A DNA stretch of 64,000 nucleotides from the human T2T-CHM13v2.0 reference genome, Homo sapiens. Made by a program: the position numbers and the translations under genes. Positions 1-13,200 of this stretch are shown here, piece by piece (the first letter of the stretch is position 1; each line of letters opens with the position of its first letter). Where the stretch lies: the NCBI RefSeq assembly GCF_009914755.1, contig NC_060946.1. One strand, written 5' to 3'. The notes under the pieces were generated by a model. The model was not told where the DNA came from and made no database searches. It saw nothing but the letters and a program-made list of their open reading frames with translations.

Positions 1-245
1 ACTCTGTTAGTTGAGTACACACATCACAAACAAGTTTCACAGAATGCTTCTTTCTAGCTTGTAGGGGAAGATATTCCCTTTATCACCATGGGCCTCAAAC
101 CGTCCGAAACGTCCACTTTTATATACTACAAAAAGAGCGTTTCAAACCTGCTCTATGAAAGGCAATGTTCAACTCTGTGACTTGAATGCAGACATCACAG
201 AGCAGTTTCTGAGAATGCTTCTGTCTACATTTTATAGGAAGATAT

Positions 246-262
246 TCCCGTTTCCAACGAAA
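246..262 (-). promoter_or_regulatory. CENP-B box, intact (box 1 of 4 per HOR; representative)
   Basis: tcccgtttccaacgaaa = reverse complement TTTCGTTGGAAACGGGA, matching NTTCGNNNNANNCGGGN. Confidence 0.97.
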
Positions 263-587
263 TCTTCACAGCTATCCAAATATCCACTTGCAGATTCTAC
301 AAAAAGAGTGTATCAAAACTGCTCTGTCAAAAGGAAGGTTCTTCTCTGTTAGGTGAGTGCACACGTCATAAAGGAGTTTCTGAGAATGTTTCTGTCTAGT
401 GGTTATGGGAAGATATTTGCTTTTTCACCGTAGGCCTCAGAGCGCTCCAAATATCCTCTTGCACATACTACAAAAAGAGTGCTTCAAAGCTGCTCTCTGA
501 AACGGAATGTTCAACTCTATGAGTTGAATGCAAACATCACAAAGACGTTTCTGAGAATGCTTCTGTCTAGATTTGATATGAAGATAT

Positions 588-604
588 TCCCTTTTCCAAG
601 GAAA
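588..604 (-). promoter_or_regulatory. CENP-B box, disrupted (box 2 position; both CpGs lost)
   Basis: tcccttttccaaggaaa instead of tcccgtttccaacgaaa; both the TTCG and CGGG cores are altered. The same allele is at 3315-3331. Confidence 0.92.
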
Positions 605-925
605 TCTTCAAAACTATCCAAATGTCCACTTGCAGATTCAACAAAAAGTGTTTTTCAGAACTGCTCTATCAAAAGAAAGATCCACCGTTGTTAGCTGAGT
701 TCACACATCACAAACAAGTTTATGAGAATGCTTCTGTCTAGTTTTTATTTGAAGATATTTCCTTTCTCACCATAGACCTGAAAGCTGTCCTAATGTTCAC
801 TTCCAGATACTACAGAAAGAGTGTTTCAAAACTGCTGTACGAAAGGGAATGTTCAACTCTGTGACTTGAATGCACACATCACAAAGAAGTTTCTGAGGAT
901 GCTGCTGTCTACTTTTTATACGTAA

Positions 926-942
926 TCCCGTTTCCAACGAAA
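926..942 (-). promoter_or_regulatory. CENP-B box, intact (box 3, preceded by the fixed 4-bp-shorter segment tttttatacgtaa)
   Basis: Exact tcccgtttccaacgaaa, 338 bp from the preceding box position. Confidence 0.96.
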
Positions 943-1096
943 TCCTCCAAGCTATCCAAATATCCACTTGCAGATTCCACAGAAAGACTGTTTCTAAACT
1001 GCTCTGTCAATAGAAAGGTTCAACTCTGTTAGCTGCGTGCATATATCCCAAAGAAGATTCTGAGATTGCTTCTGTCTAGTTTTTATGGGAAGATAT

Positions 1097-1114
1097 TTCC
1101 CTTTTCACCGTAGG
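1097..1114 (-). other. A-type monomer site (pJalpha-like) at the position equivalent to the CENP-B box; representative
   Basis: ttcccttttcaccgtagg (reverse complement CCTACGGTGAAAAGGGAA) lies ~171 bp from the flanking boxes. Related sequences (ccctttatcaccatgg, gctttttcaccgtagg, cctttctcaccataga) occupy the other non-box monomers, giving the A/B alternation. Confidence 0.7.
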
Positions 1115-1266
1115 CGTCAAGGCGCTCCAATGTCCAATTCCAGATAGTATAAAAAGAGTGTTTCAAACCTCCTCTGTGAAAGGGAATATTCAACTCTGTG
1201 ACTGTAATGCAGATATCACAAAGAAGTTTCTGAGAATGCTTCTGTCGAGATTTTATATGAAGATAT

Positions 1267-1283
1267 TCCCGTTTCCAACGAAA
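1267..1283 (-). promoter_or_regulatory. CENP-B box, intact (box 4)
   Basis: Exact tcccgtttccaacgaaa. Confidence 0.96.
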
Positions 1284-4200
1284 TCCTGAAATCTATCCAA
1301 ATATCCCCTCGCAGATTCTACAAAAAGAGTGTTTCAAAACTGCTCTGTAAAAAGAAAGGTTCAACTCTGTTAGTTGAGTACACACATCACAAACAAGTTT
1401 CACAGAATGCTTCTTTCTAGCTTGTAGGGGAAGATATTCCCTTTATCACCATGGTCCTCAAACCGTTCGAAACGTCCTCTTCCATATAGTAAAAAAAGAG
1501 CGTTTCAAACCTGCTCTATGAAAGGCAATGTTCAACTCTGTGACTTGAATGCAGACATCACAGAGCAGTTTCTGAGAATTCTTCTGTCTAGATTTTATAG
1601 GAAGATATTCCCGTTTCCAACGAAATCTTCACAGCTATCCAAATATCCACTTGCAGATTCTACAAAAAGAGTGTATCAAAACTGCTCTGTCAAAAGGAAG
1701 GTTCTTCTCTGTTAGGTGAGTGCATACGTCATAAAGGAGTTTCTGAGAATGTTTCTGTCTAGTGGTTATGGGAAGATATTTGCTTTTTCACCGAAGGCCT
1801 CAGAGCGCTCCAAATATCCACTTGCACATACTACAAAAAGAGTGCTTCAAAGCTGCTCTCTGAAACGGAATGTTCAACTCTAGGAGTTGAATGCAAACAT
1901 CACAAAGACGTTTCTGAGAATGCTTCTGTCTAGATTTGATATGAAGATATTCCCGTTTCCAACGAAATCTTCAAATCTATCCAAATGTCCACTTGCAGAT
2001 TCAACAAAAAGTGTTTTTCAGAACTGCTCTATCAAAAGAAAGATCCACCCCTGTTAGCTGAGTTCACACATCACAAACAAGTTTATGAGTATGCTTCTGT
2101 CTAGTTTTTATTTGAAGATATTTCCTTTCTCACCATAGACCTGAAAGATGTCCTAATGTTCACTTAGAGATACTACAGAAAGAGTGTTTCAAAACGGCTG
2201 TACGAAAGGGAATGTTCAACACTGTGACATGAATGCACACATCACAAAGAAGTTTCTGAGGATGCTGCTGTCTACTTTTTATACGTAATCCCGTTTCCAA
2301 CGAAATCCTCCAAGCTATCCAAATATCCACTTGCAGATTCCACAGAAAGACTGTTTCAAAACTGCTCTGTCAATAGAAAGGTTCAACTCTGTTAGCTGCG
2401 TGCATATATCCCAAAGAAGATTCTGAGATTACTTCTGTCTAGTTTTTATGGGAAGATATTTCCCTTTTCACCGTAGGCGTCAAGGCGCTCCAAATGTCCA
2501 CTTCCAGATACTACAAAAAGAGTGTTTCAAACCTACTCTGTGAAAGGGAGTATTCAACTCTGTGACTTGAATACACATATCACAAAGAAGTTTCTGAGAA
2601 TGCTTCTGTCGAGATTTTATATGAAGATATTCCCGTTTCCAACGAAATCCTGAAATCTATCCAAATATCCCCTCGCAGATTCTACAAAAAGAGTGTTTCA
2701 AAACTGCTCTGTAAAAAGAAAGGTTCAACTCTGTTAGTTGAGTACACACATCACAAACAAGTTTCACAGAATGCTTCTTTCTAGCTTGTAGGGGAAGATA
2801 TTCCCTTTATCACCATGGGCCTCAAACCGTCCGAAACGTCCACTTTTATATACTACAAAAAGAGCGTTTCAAACCTGCTCTATGAAAGGCAATGTTCAAC
2901 TCTGTGACTTGAATGCAGACATCACAGAGCAGTTTCTGAGAATGCTTCTGTCTAGATTTTATAGGAAGATATTCCCGTTTCCAACGAAATCTTCACAGCT
3001 ATCCAAATATCCACTTGCAGATTCTACAAAAAGAGTGTATCAAAACTGCTCTGTCAAAAGGAAGGTTCTTCTCTGTTAGGTGAGTGCATACGTCATAAAG
3101 GAGTTTCTGAGAATGTTTCTGTCTAGTGGTTATGGGAAGATATTTGCTTTTTCACCGTAGGCCTCAGAGCGCTCCAAATATCCACTTGCACATACTACAA
3201 AAAGAGTGCTTCAAAGCTGCTCTCTGAAACGGAATGTTCAACTCTATGAGTTGAATGCAAACATCACAAAGACGTTTCTGAGAATGCTTCTGTCTAGATT
3301 TGATATGAAGATATTCCCTTTTCCAAGGAAATCTTCAAAACTATCCAAATGTCCACTTGCAGATTCAACAAAAAGTGTTTTTCAGAACTGCTCTATCAAA
3401 AGAAAGATCCACCGTTGTTAGCTGAGTTCACACATCACAAACAAGTTTATGAGAATGCTTCTGTCTAGTTTTTATTTGAAGATATTTCCTTTCTCACCAT
3501 AGACCTGAAAGCTGTCCTAATGTTCACTTCCAGATACTACAGAAAGAGTGTTTCAAAACTGCTGTACGAAAGGGAATGTTCAACTCTGTGACTTGAATGC
3601 ACACATCACAAAGAAGTTTCTGAGGATGCTGCTGTCTACTTTTTATACGTAATCCCGTTTCCAACGAAATCCTCCAAGCTATCCAAATATCCACTTGCAG
3701 ATTCCACAGAAAGACTGTTTCTAAACTGCTCTGTCAATAGAAAGGTTCAACTCTGTTAGCTGCGTGCATATATCCCAAAGAAGATTCTGAGATTCCTTCT
3801 GTCTAGTTTTTATGGGAAGATATTTCCCTTTTCACCGTAGGGGTCAAGGCGCTCCAAATGTCCACTTCCAGATACTACAAAAAGAGTGTTTCAAACCTAC
3901 TCTGTGAAAGGGAATATTCAACTCTGTGACTTGAATGCAGATATCACAAGAAGCTTCTGAGAATGCTTCTGTCGAGATTTTATATGAAGATATTCCCGTT
4001 TCCAACGGAATCCTGAAATCTATCGAAATATCCCCTCGCAGATTCTACAAAAAGAGTGTTTCAAAACTGCTCTGTAAAAAGAAAGTTTCAACTCTGTTAG
4101 TTGAGTACACACATCACAAACAAGTTTCACAGAATGCTTCTTTCTAGCTTGTAGGGGAAGATATTCCCTTTATCACCATGGTCCTCAAACCGTTCGAAAC

Positions 4201-7200
4201 GTCCTCTTCCATATAGTAAAAAAAGAGCGTTTCAAACCTGCTCTATGAAAGGCAATGTTCAACTCTGTGACTTGAATGCAGACATCACAGAGCAGTTTCT
4301 GAGAATTCTTCTGTCTAGATTTTATAGGAAGATATTCCCGTTTCCAACGAAATCTTCACAGCTATCCAAATATCCACTTGCAGATTCTACAAAAAGAGTG
4401 TATCAAAACTGCTCTGTCAAAAGGAAGGTTCTTCTCTGTTAGGTGAGTGCATACGTCATAAAGGAGTTTCTGAGAATGTTTCTGTCTAGTGGTTATGGGA
4501 AGATATTTGCTTTTTCACCGAAGGCCTCAGAGCACTCCAAATATCCACTTGCACATACTACAAAAAGAGTGCTTCAAAGCTGCTCTCTGAAACGGAATGT
4601 TCAACTCTAGGAGTTGAATGCAAACATCACAAAGACGTTTCTGAGAATGCTTCTGTCTAGATTTGATATGAAGATATTCCCGTTTCCAACGAAATCTTCA
4701 AATCTATCCAAATGTCCACTTGCAGATTCAACAAAAAGTGTTTTTCAGAACTGCTCTATCAAAAGAAAGATCCACCCCTGTTAGCTGAGTTCACACATCA
4801 CAAACAAGTTTATGAGTATGCTTCTGTCTAGTTTTTATTTGAAGATATTTCCTTTCTCACCATAGACCTGAAAGATGTCCTAATATTCACTTAGAGATAC
4901 TACAGAAAGAGTGTTTCAAAACGGCTGTACGAAAGGGAATGTTCAACACTGTGACATGAATGCACACATCACAAAGAAGTTTCTGAGGATGCTGCTGTCT
5001 ACTTTTTATACGTAATCCCGTTTCCAACGAAATCCTCCAAGCTATCCAAATATCCACTTGCAGATTCCACAGAAAGACTGTTTCAAAACTGCTCTGTCAA
5101 TAGAAAGGTTCAACTCTGTTAGCTGCGTGCATATATCCCAAAGAAGATTCTGAGATTACTTCTGTCTAGTTTTTATGGGAAGATATTTCCCTTTTCACCG
5201 TAGGCGTCAAGGCGCTCCAAATGTCCACTTCCAGATACTACAAAAAGAGTGTTTCAAACCTACTCTGTGAAAGGGAGTATTCAACTCTGTGACTTGAATA
5301 CACATATCACAAAGAAGTTTCTGAGAATGCTTCTGTCGAGATTTTATATGAAGATATTCCCGTTTCCAACGAAATCCTGAAATCTATCCAAATATCCCCT
5401 CGCAGATTCTACAAAAAGAGTGTTTCAAAACTGCTCTGTAAAAAGAAAGGTTCAACTCTGTTAGTTGAGTACACACATCACAAACAAGTTTCACAGAATG
5501 CTTCTTTCTAGCTTGTAGGGGAAGATATTCCCTTTATCACCATGGGCCTCAAACCGTCCGAAACGTCCACATTTATATACTACAAAAAGAGCGTTTCAAA
5601 CCTGCTCTATGAAAGGCAATGTTCAACTCTGTGACTTGAATGCAGACATCACAGAGCAGTTTCTGAGAATGCTTCTGTCTAGATTTTATAGGAAGATATT
5701 TCCGTTTCCAACGAAATCTTCACAGCTATCCAAATATCCACTTGCAGATTCTACAAAAAGAGTGTATCAAAACTGCTCTGTCAAAAGGAAGGTTCTTCTC
5801 TGTTAGGTGAGTGCATACGTCATAAAGCAGTTTCTGAGAATGTTTCTGTGTAGTGGTTATGGGAAGATATTTGCTTTTTCCCTATAGGCCTCAGAGCGCT
5901 CCAAATATCCACTTGCACATACTACAAAAAGAGTGCTTCAAAGCTGCTCTCTGAAACGGAATGTTCAACTCTATGAGTTGAATGCAAACATCACAAAGAC
6001 GTTTCTGAGAATGCTTCTGTCTAGATTTGATATGAAGATATTCCCGTTTCCAACGAAATCTTCAAATCTATCCAAATGTCCACTTGCAGATTCAACAAAA
6101 AGTGTTTTTCAGAACTGCTCTATCAAAAGAAAGATCCACCTCTGTTAGCTGAGTTCACACATCACAAACAAGTTTATGAGAATGCTTCTGTCTAGTATTT
6201 ATTTGAAGATATTTCCTTTCTCACCATAGACCTGAAAGCTGTCCTAATGTTCACTTCCAGATACTACAGAAAGAGTGTTTCAAAACTGCTGTACGAAAGG
6301 GAATGTTCAACTCTGTGACTTGAATGCACACATCACAAAGAAGTTTCTGAGGATGCTGCTGTCTACTTTTTATACGTAATCCCGTTTCCAACGAAATCCT
6401 CCAAGCTATCCAAATATCCACTTGCAGATTCCACAGAAAGACTGTTTCAAAACTGCTCTGTCAATAGAATGGTTCAACTCTGTTAGCTGCGTGCATATAT
6501 CCCAAAGAAGATTCTGAGATTGCTTCTGTCTAGTTTTTATGGGAAGATATTTCCCTTTTCACCGTAGGTGTCACGGCGCTCCAAATGTCCACTTCCAGAT
6601 ACTACAAAAAGAGTGTTTCAAACCTACTCTGTGAAAGGGAATATTCAACTCTGTGACTTGAATGCAGATATCACAAAGAAGTTTCTGAGAATGCTTCTGT
6701 CGAGATTTTATATGAAGATATTCCCGTTTCCAACGAAATCCTGAAATCTATCCAAATATCCCCTCGCAGATTCTACAAAAAGAGTGTTTCAAAACTGCTC
6801 TGTAAAAAGAAAGGTTCAACTCTGTTAGTTGAGTACACACATCACAAACAAGTTTCACAGAATGCTTCTTTCTAGCTTGTAGGGGAAGATATTCCCTTTA
6901 TCACCATGGGCCTCAAACCGTCCGAAACGTCCACTTCCATATACTACAAAAAGAGCGTTTCAAACCTGCTCTATGAAAGGCAATGTTCAACTCTGTGACT
7001 TGAATGCAGACATCACAGAGCAGTTTCTGAGAATGCTTCTGTCTAGATTTTATAGGAAGATATTCCCGTTTCCAACGAAATCTTCACAGCTATCCAAATA
7101 TCCACTTGCAGATTCTACAAAAAGAGTGTATCAAAACTGCTCTGTCAAAAAGAAGGTTCTTCTCTGTTAGGTGAGTGCATACGTCATAAAGGAGTTTCTG

Positions 7201-10200
7201 AGAATGTTTCAGTCTAGTGTTTATGGGAAGATATTTGCTTTTTCCCCGTAGGCCTCAGAGCGCTCCAAATATCCACTTGCACATACTACAAAAAGAGTGC
7301 TTCAAAGCTGCTCTCTGAAACGGAATGTTCAACTCTATGAGTTGAATGCAAACATCACAAAGACGTTTCCGAGAATCCTTCTGTCTAGATTTGATATGAA
7401 GATATTCCCGTTTCCAACGAAATCTTCAAATCTATCCAAATGTCCACTTGCAGATTCAACAAAACGTGTTTTTCAGAACTGCTCTATCAAAAGAAAGATC
7501 CACCTCTGTTAGCTGAGTTCACACATCACAAACAAGTTTATGAGAATGCTTCTGTCTAGTTTTTATTTGAAGATATTTCCTTTCTCACCATAGACCTGAA
7601 AGCTGTCTTAATGTTCACTTCCAGATACTACAGAAAGAGTGTTTCAAAACTGCTGTACGAAAGGGAATGTTCAACTCTGTGACTTGAATGCACACATCAC
7701 AAAGAAGTTTCTGAGGATGCTGCTGTCTACTTTTTATACGTAATCCCGTTTCCAACGAAATCCTCCAAGCTATCCAAATATCCACTTGCAGATTCCACAG
7801 AAAGACTGTTTCAAAACTGCTCTGTCAATAGAAAGGTTGAACTCTGTTAGCTGCGTGCATATATCCCAAAGAAGATTCTGAGATTGCTTCTGTCTAGTTT
7901 TTATGGGAAGATATTTCCCTTTTCACCGTAGGTGTCAAGGGGCTCCAAATGTCCACTTCCAGGTACTACAAAAAGAGTGTTTCAAACCTACTCTGTGAAA
8001 GGGAATATTCAACTCTGTGACTTGAATGCAGATATCACAAAGAAGTTTCTGAGAATGCTTCTGTCGAGATTTTATATGAAGATATTCCCGTTTCCAAAGA
8101 AATCCTGAAATCTATCCAAATATCCCCTTGCAGATTCTACAAAAAGAGTGTTTCAAAACTGCTCTGTAAAAAGAAAGGTTCAACTCTGTTAGTTGAGTAC
8201 ACACATCACAAACAAGTTTCACAGAATGCTTCTTTCTAGCTTGTAGGGGAAGATATTCCCTTTATCACCATGGGCCTCAAACCGTCCGAAACGTCCACTT
8301 CCATATACTACAAAAAGAGCGTTTCAAATCTGCTCTAGGAAAGGCAATGTTCAACTCTGTGACTTGAATGCAGACATCACAGAGCACTTTCTGAGAATGC
8401 TTCTGTCTAGATTTTATAGGAAGATATTCCCGTTTCCAACGAAATCTTCACAGCTATCCAAATATCCACTTGCAGATTCTACAAAAAGAGTGTATCAAAA
8501 CTGCTCTGTCAAAAGGAAGGTTCTTCTCTGTTAGTTGAGTACATACGTCATAAAGGAGTTTCTGAGAATGTTTCTGTCTAGTGGTTATGGGAAGATATTT
8601 GCTTTTTCACCTCAGGCCTCAGAGCGCTCCAAATATCCCCTTGCACATACTACAAAAAGAGTGCTTCAAAGCTGCTCTCTGAAAGGGAATGTTCAACTCT
8701 ATGAGTTGAATGCAAACATCACAAAGACGTTTCTGAGAATGCTTCTGTCTAGATTTGATATGAAGATATTCCCGTTTCCAACGAAATCTTCAAATCTATC
8801 CAAATGTCCACTTGCGGATTCAACAAAAAGTGTTTTTCAGAACTGCTCTATCAAAAGAAAGATCCACCTCTCTTAGCTGAGTTCACACATCACAAACAAG
8901 TTTATGAGAATGCTTCTGTCTAGTTTTCATATGAAGATATTTCCTTTCTCACCATAGACCTGAAAGCTGTCCTAATGTACACTTCCAGATACTACAGAAA
9001 GAGTGTTTCAAAACTGCTGTACGAAAGGGAATGTTCAACTCTGTGACTTGAATGCACACATCACAAAGAAGTTTCTGAGGATGCTGCTGTCTACTTTTTA
9101 TACGTAATCCCGTTTCCAACGAAATCCTCCAAGCTATCCAAATATCCACTTGCAGATTCCACAGAAAGACTGTTTCAAAACTGCTCTGTCAATAGAAAGG
9201 TTCAACTCTGTTAGCTGCGTGCATATATCCCAAAGAAGATTCTGAGATTGCTTCTGTCTACTTTTTATGAGAAGATATTTCCCTTTTCACCGTAGGCGTC
9301 AAGGCGCTCCAAATATCCACTCCCAGACTACTACAAAAAGAGTGTTTCAAACCTAGTCTGTGAAAGGGAATATTCAACTCTGTGACTTGAATGCACATAT
9401 CACAAAGAAGTTTCTGAGAATGCTTCTGTCGAGATTTTATATGAAGATATTCCCGTTTCCAACGAAATCCTGAAATCTATCCAAATATCCCCTCGCAGAT
9501 TCTACAAAAAGAGTGTTTCAAAACTGCTCTGTAAAAAGAAAGGTTCAACTCTGTTAGTTGAGTACACACATCACAAACAAGTTTCACAGAATGCTTCTTT
9601 CTAGCTTGTAGGGGAAGATATTCCCTTTATCACCATGGGCCTCAAACAGTCCGAAACGTCCACTTCCATATACTACAAAAAGAGCGTTTCAAACCTGCTC
9701 TAGGAAAGGCAATGTTCAACTCTGTGACTTGAATGCAGACATCCCAGAGCAGTTTCTGAGAATGCTTCTGTCTAGATTTTATAGGAAGATATTCCCGTTT
9801 CCAACGAAATCTTCACAGCTATCCAAATATCCACTTGCAGATTCTACAAAAAGAGTGTATCAAAACTGCTCTGTCAAAAGGAAGGTTCTTCTCTGTTAGG
9901 TGAGTGCATACGTCATAAAGGAGTTTCTGAGAATGTTTCAGTGTAGTGGTTATGGGAAGATATTTGCTTTTTCCCCGTAGGCCTCAGAGCGCTCCAAATA
10001 TCCACTTGCACATACTACAAAAAGAGTGCTTCAAAGCTGCTCTCTGAAACGGAATGTTCAACTCTATGAGTTGAATGCAAACATCACAAAGACGTTTCTG
10101 AGAATGCTTCTGTCTAGATTTGATATGAAGATATTCCCGTTTCCAACGAAATCTTCAAATCTATCCAAATGTCCACTTGCAGATTCAACAAAAAGTGTTT

Positions 10201-13200
10201 TTCAGAACTGCTCTATCAAAAGAAAGATCCACCTCTGTTAGCTGAGTTCACACATCACAAACAAGTTTATGAGAATGCTTCTGTCTAGTTTTTATTTGAA
10301 GATATTGCCTTTCTCACCATAGACCTGAAAGCTGTCCTAATGTTCACTTCCAGATACTACAGAAAGAGTGTTTCAAAACTGCTGTACGAAAGGGAATGTT
10401 CAACTCTGTGACTTGAATGCAAACATCACAAAGAAGTTTCTGAGGATGCTGCTGTCTACTTTTTATACGTAATCCCGTTTCCAACGAAATCCTCCAAGCT
10501 ATCCAAATATCCACTTGCAGATTCCACAGAAAGACTGTTTCAAAACTGCTCTGTCAATAGAAAGGTTCAACTCTGTTAGCTGCGTGCATATATCCCAAAG
10601 AAGATTCTGAGATTGCTTCTGTCTAGTTTTTATCGGAAGATATTTCCCTTTTCACCGTAGGTGTCAAGGTGCTCCAAATGTCCACTTCCAGATACTACAA
10701 AAAGAGTGTTTCAAACCTACTCTGTGAAAGGGAATATTCAACTCTGTGACTTGAATGCAGATATCACAAAGAAGTTTCTGAGAATGCTTCTGTCGAGATT
10801 TTATATGAAGATATTCCCGTTTCCAACGAAATCCTGAAATCTATCCAAATATCCCCTCGCAGATTCTACAAAAAGAGTGTTTCAAAACTGCTCTGTAAAA
10901 AGAAAGGTTCAACTCTGTTAGTTGAGTACACACATCACAAACAAGTTTCACAGAATGCTTCTTTCTAGCTTGTAGGGGAAGATATTCCCTTTATCACCAT
11001 GGGCCTCAAACCGTCCGAAACGTCCACTTCCATATACTACAAAAAGAGCGTTTCAAACCTGCTCTAGGAAAGGCAATGTTCAACTCTGTGACTTGAATGC
11101 AGACATCACAGAGCAGTTTCTGAGAATGCTTCTGTCTAGATTTTATAGGAAGATATTCCCGTTTCCAACGAAATCTTCACAGCTATCCAAATATCCACTT
11201 GCAGATTCTACAAAAAGAGTGTATCAAAACTGCTCTGTCAAAAGGAAGGTTCTTCTCTGTTAGGTGAGTGCATACGTCATAAAGGAGTTTCTGAGAATGT
11301 TTCTGTCTAGTGGTTATGGGAAGATATTTGCTTTTTCACCGTAGGCCTCAGAGCGCTCCAAATATCCACTTGCACATACTACAAAAAGAGTGCTTCAAAG
11401 CTGCTCTCTGAAAGGGAATGTTCAACTCTATGAGTTGAATGCAAACATCACAAAGACGTTTCTGAGAATGCTTCTGTCTAGATTTGATATGAAGATATTC
11501 CCGTTTCCAACGAAATCTTCAAATCTATCCAAATGTCCACTTGCAGATTCAACAAAAAGTGTTTTTCAGAACTGCTCTATCAAAAGAAAGATCCACCTCT
11601 GTTAGCTGAGTTCACACATCACAAACAAGTTTATGAGAATGCTTCTGTCTAGTTTTTATTTGAAGATATTTCCTTTCTCACCATAGACCTGAAAGCTGTC
11701 CTAATGTTCACTTCCAGATACTACAGAAAGAGTGTTTCAAAACTGCTGTACGAAAGGGAATGTTCAACTCTGTGACTTGAATGCACACATCACAAAGAAG
11801 TTTCTGAGGATGCTGCTGTCTACTTTTTATACGTAATCCCGTTTCCAACGAAATCCTCCAAGCTATCCAAATATCCACTTGCAGATTCCACAGAAAGACT
11901 GTTTCAAAACTGCTCTGTCAATAGAAAGGTTCAACTCTGTTAGCTGCGTGCATATATCCCAAAGAAGATTCTGAGATTGCTTCTGTCTAGTTTTTATCGG
12001 AAGATATTTCCCTTTTCACCGTAGGTGTCAAGGTGCTCCAAATGTCCACTTCCAGATACTACAAAAAGAGTGTTTCAAACCTACTCTGTGAAAGGGAATA
12101 TTCAACTCTGTGACTTGAATGCAGATATCACAAAGAAGTTTCTGAGAATGCTTCTGTCGAGATTTTATATGAAGATATTCCCGTTTCCAACGAAATCCTG
12201 AAATCTATCCAAATATCCCCTCGCAGATTCTACAAAAAGAGTGTTTCAAAACTGCTCTGTAAAAAGAAAGGTTCAACTCTGTTAGTTGAGTACACACATC
12301 ACAAACAGGTTTCACAGAATGCTTCTTTCTAGCTTGTAGGGGAAGATGTTCCCTTTATCACCATGGGCCTCAAACCGTCCGAAACGTCCACTTCCATATA
12401 CTACAAAAAGAGCGTTTCAAACCTGCTCTATGAAAGGCAATGTTCAACTCTGTGACTTGAATGCAGACATCACAGAGCAGTTTCTGAGAATGCTTCTGTC
12501 TAGATTTTATAGGAAGATATTCCCGTTTCCAACGAAATCTTCACAGCTATCCAAATATCCACTTGCAGATTCTACAAAAAGAGTGTATCAAAACTGCTCT
12601 GTCAAAAGGAAGGTTCTTCTCTGTTAGGTGAGTGCACACGTCATAAAGGAGTTTCTGAGAATGTTTCTGTCTAGTGGTTATGGGAAGATATTTGCTTTTT
12701 CACCGTAGGCCTCAGAGCGCTCCAAATATCCACTTGCACATACTACAAAAACAGTGCTTCAAAGCTGCTCTCTGAAACGGAATGTTCAACTCTATGAGTT
12801 GAATGCAAACATCTCAAAGACGTTTCTGAGAATGCTTCTGTCTAGATTTGATATGAAGATATTCCCGTTTCCAACGAAATCTTCAAATCTATCCAAATGT
12901 CCACTTGCAGATTCAACAAAAAGTGTTTTTCAGAACTGCTCTATCAAAAGAAAGATCCACCTCTGTTAGCTGAGTTCACACATCACAAACAAGTTTATGA
13001 GAATGCTTCTGTCTAGTTTTTATTTGAAGATATTTCCTTTCTCACCATAGACGTGAAAGCTGTCCTAATGTTCACTTCCAGATACTATAGAAAGAGTGTT
13101 TCAAAACTGCTGTACGAAAGGGAATGTTCAACTCTGTGACTTGAATGCACACATCACAAAGAAGTTTCTGAGGATGCTGCTGTCTACTTTTTATACCTAA

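Larger units (their letters stand above)
110..5577. repeat. Imperfect tandem duplication of a 2-HOR block (offset 2727 bp)
   Basis: Shared rare variants at +2727: disrupted box 588/3315, ctaaactg 994/3721, atggtcctc 1451/4178, GAATTC 1576/4303, plus ctctaggag, cacttagaga, aaacggctg and gacatgaa. Confidence 0.85.

Noticed and set aside
8535-8876. Longest ORF (113 aa)
   Set aside because: It arises from chance loss of a stop codon in a divergent HOR copy; no coding evidence.
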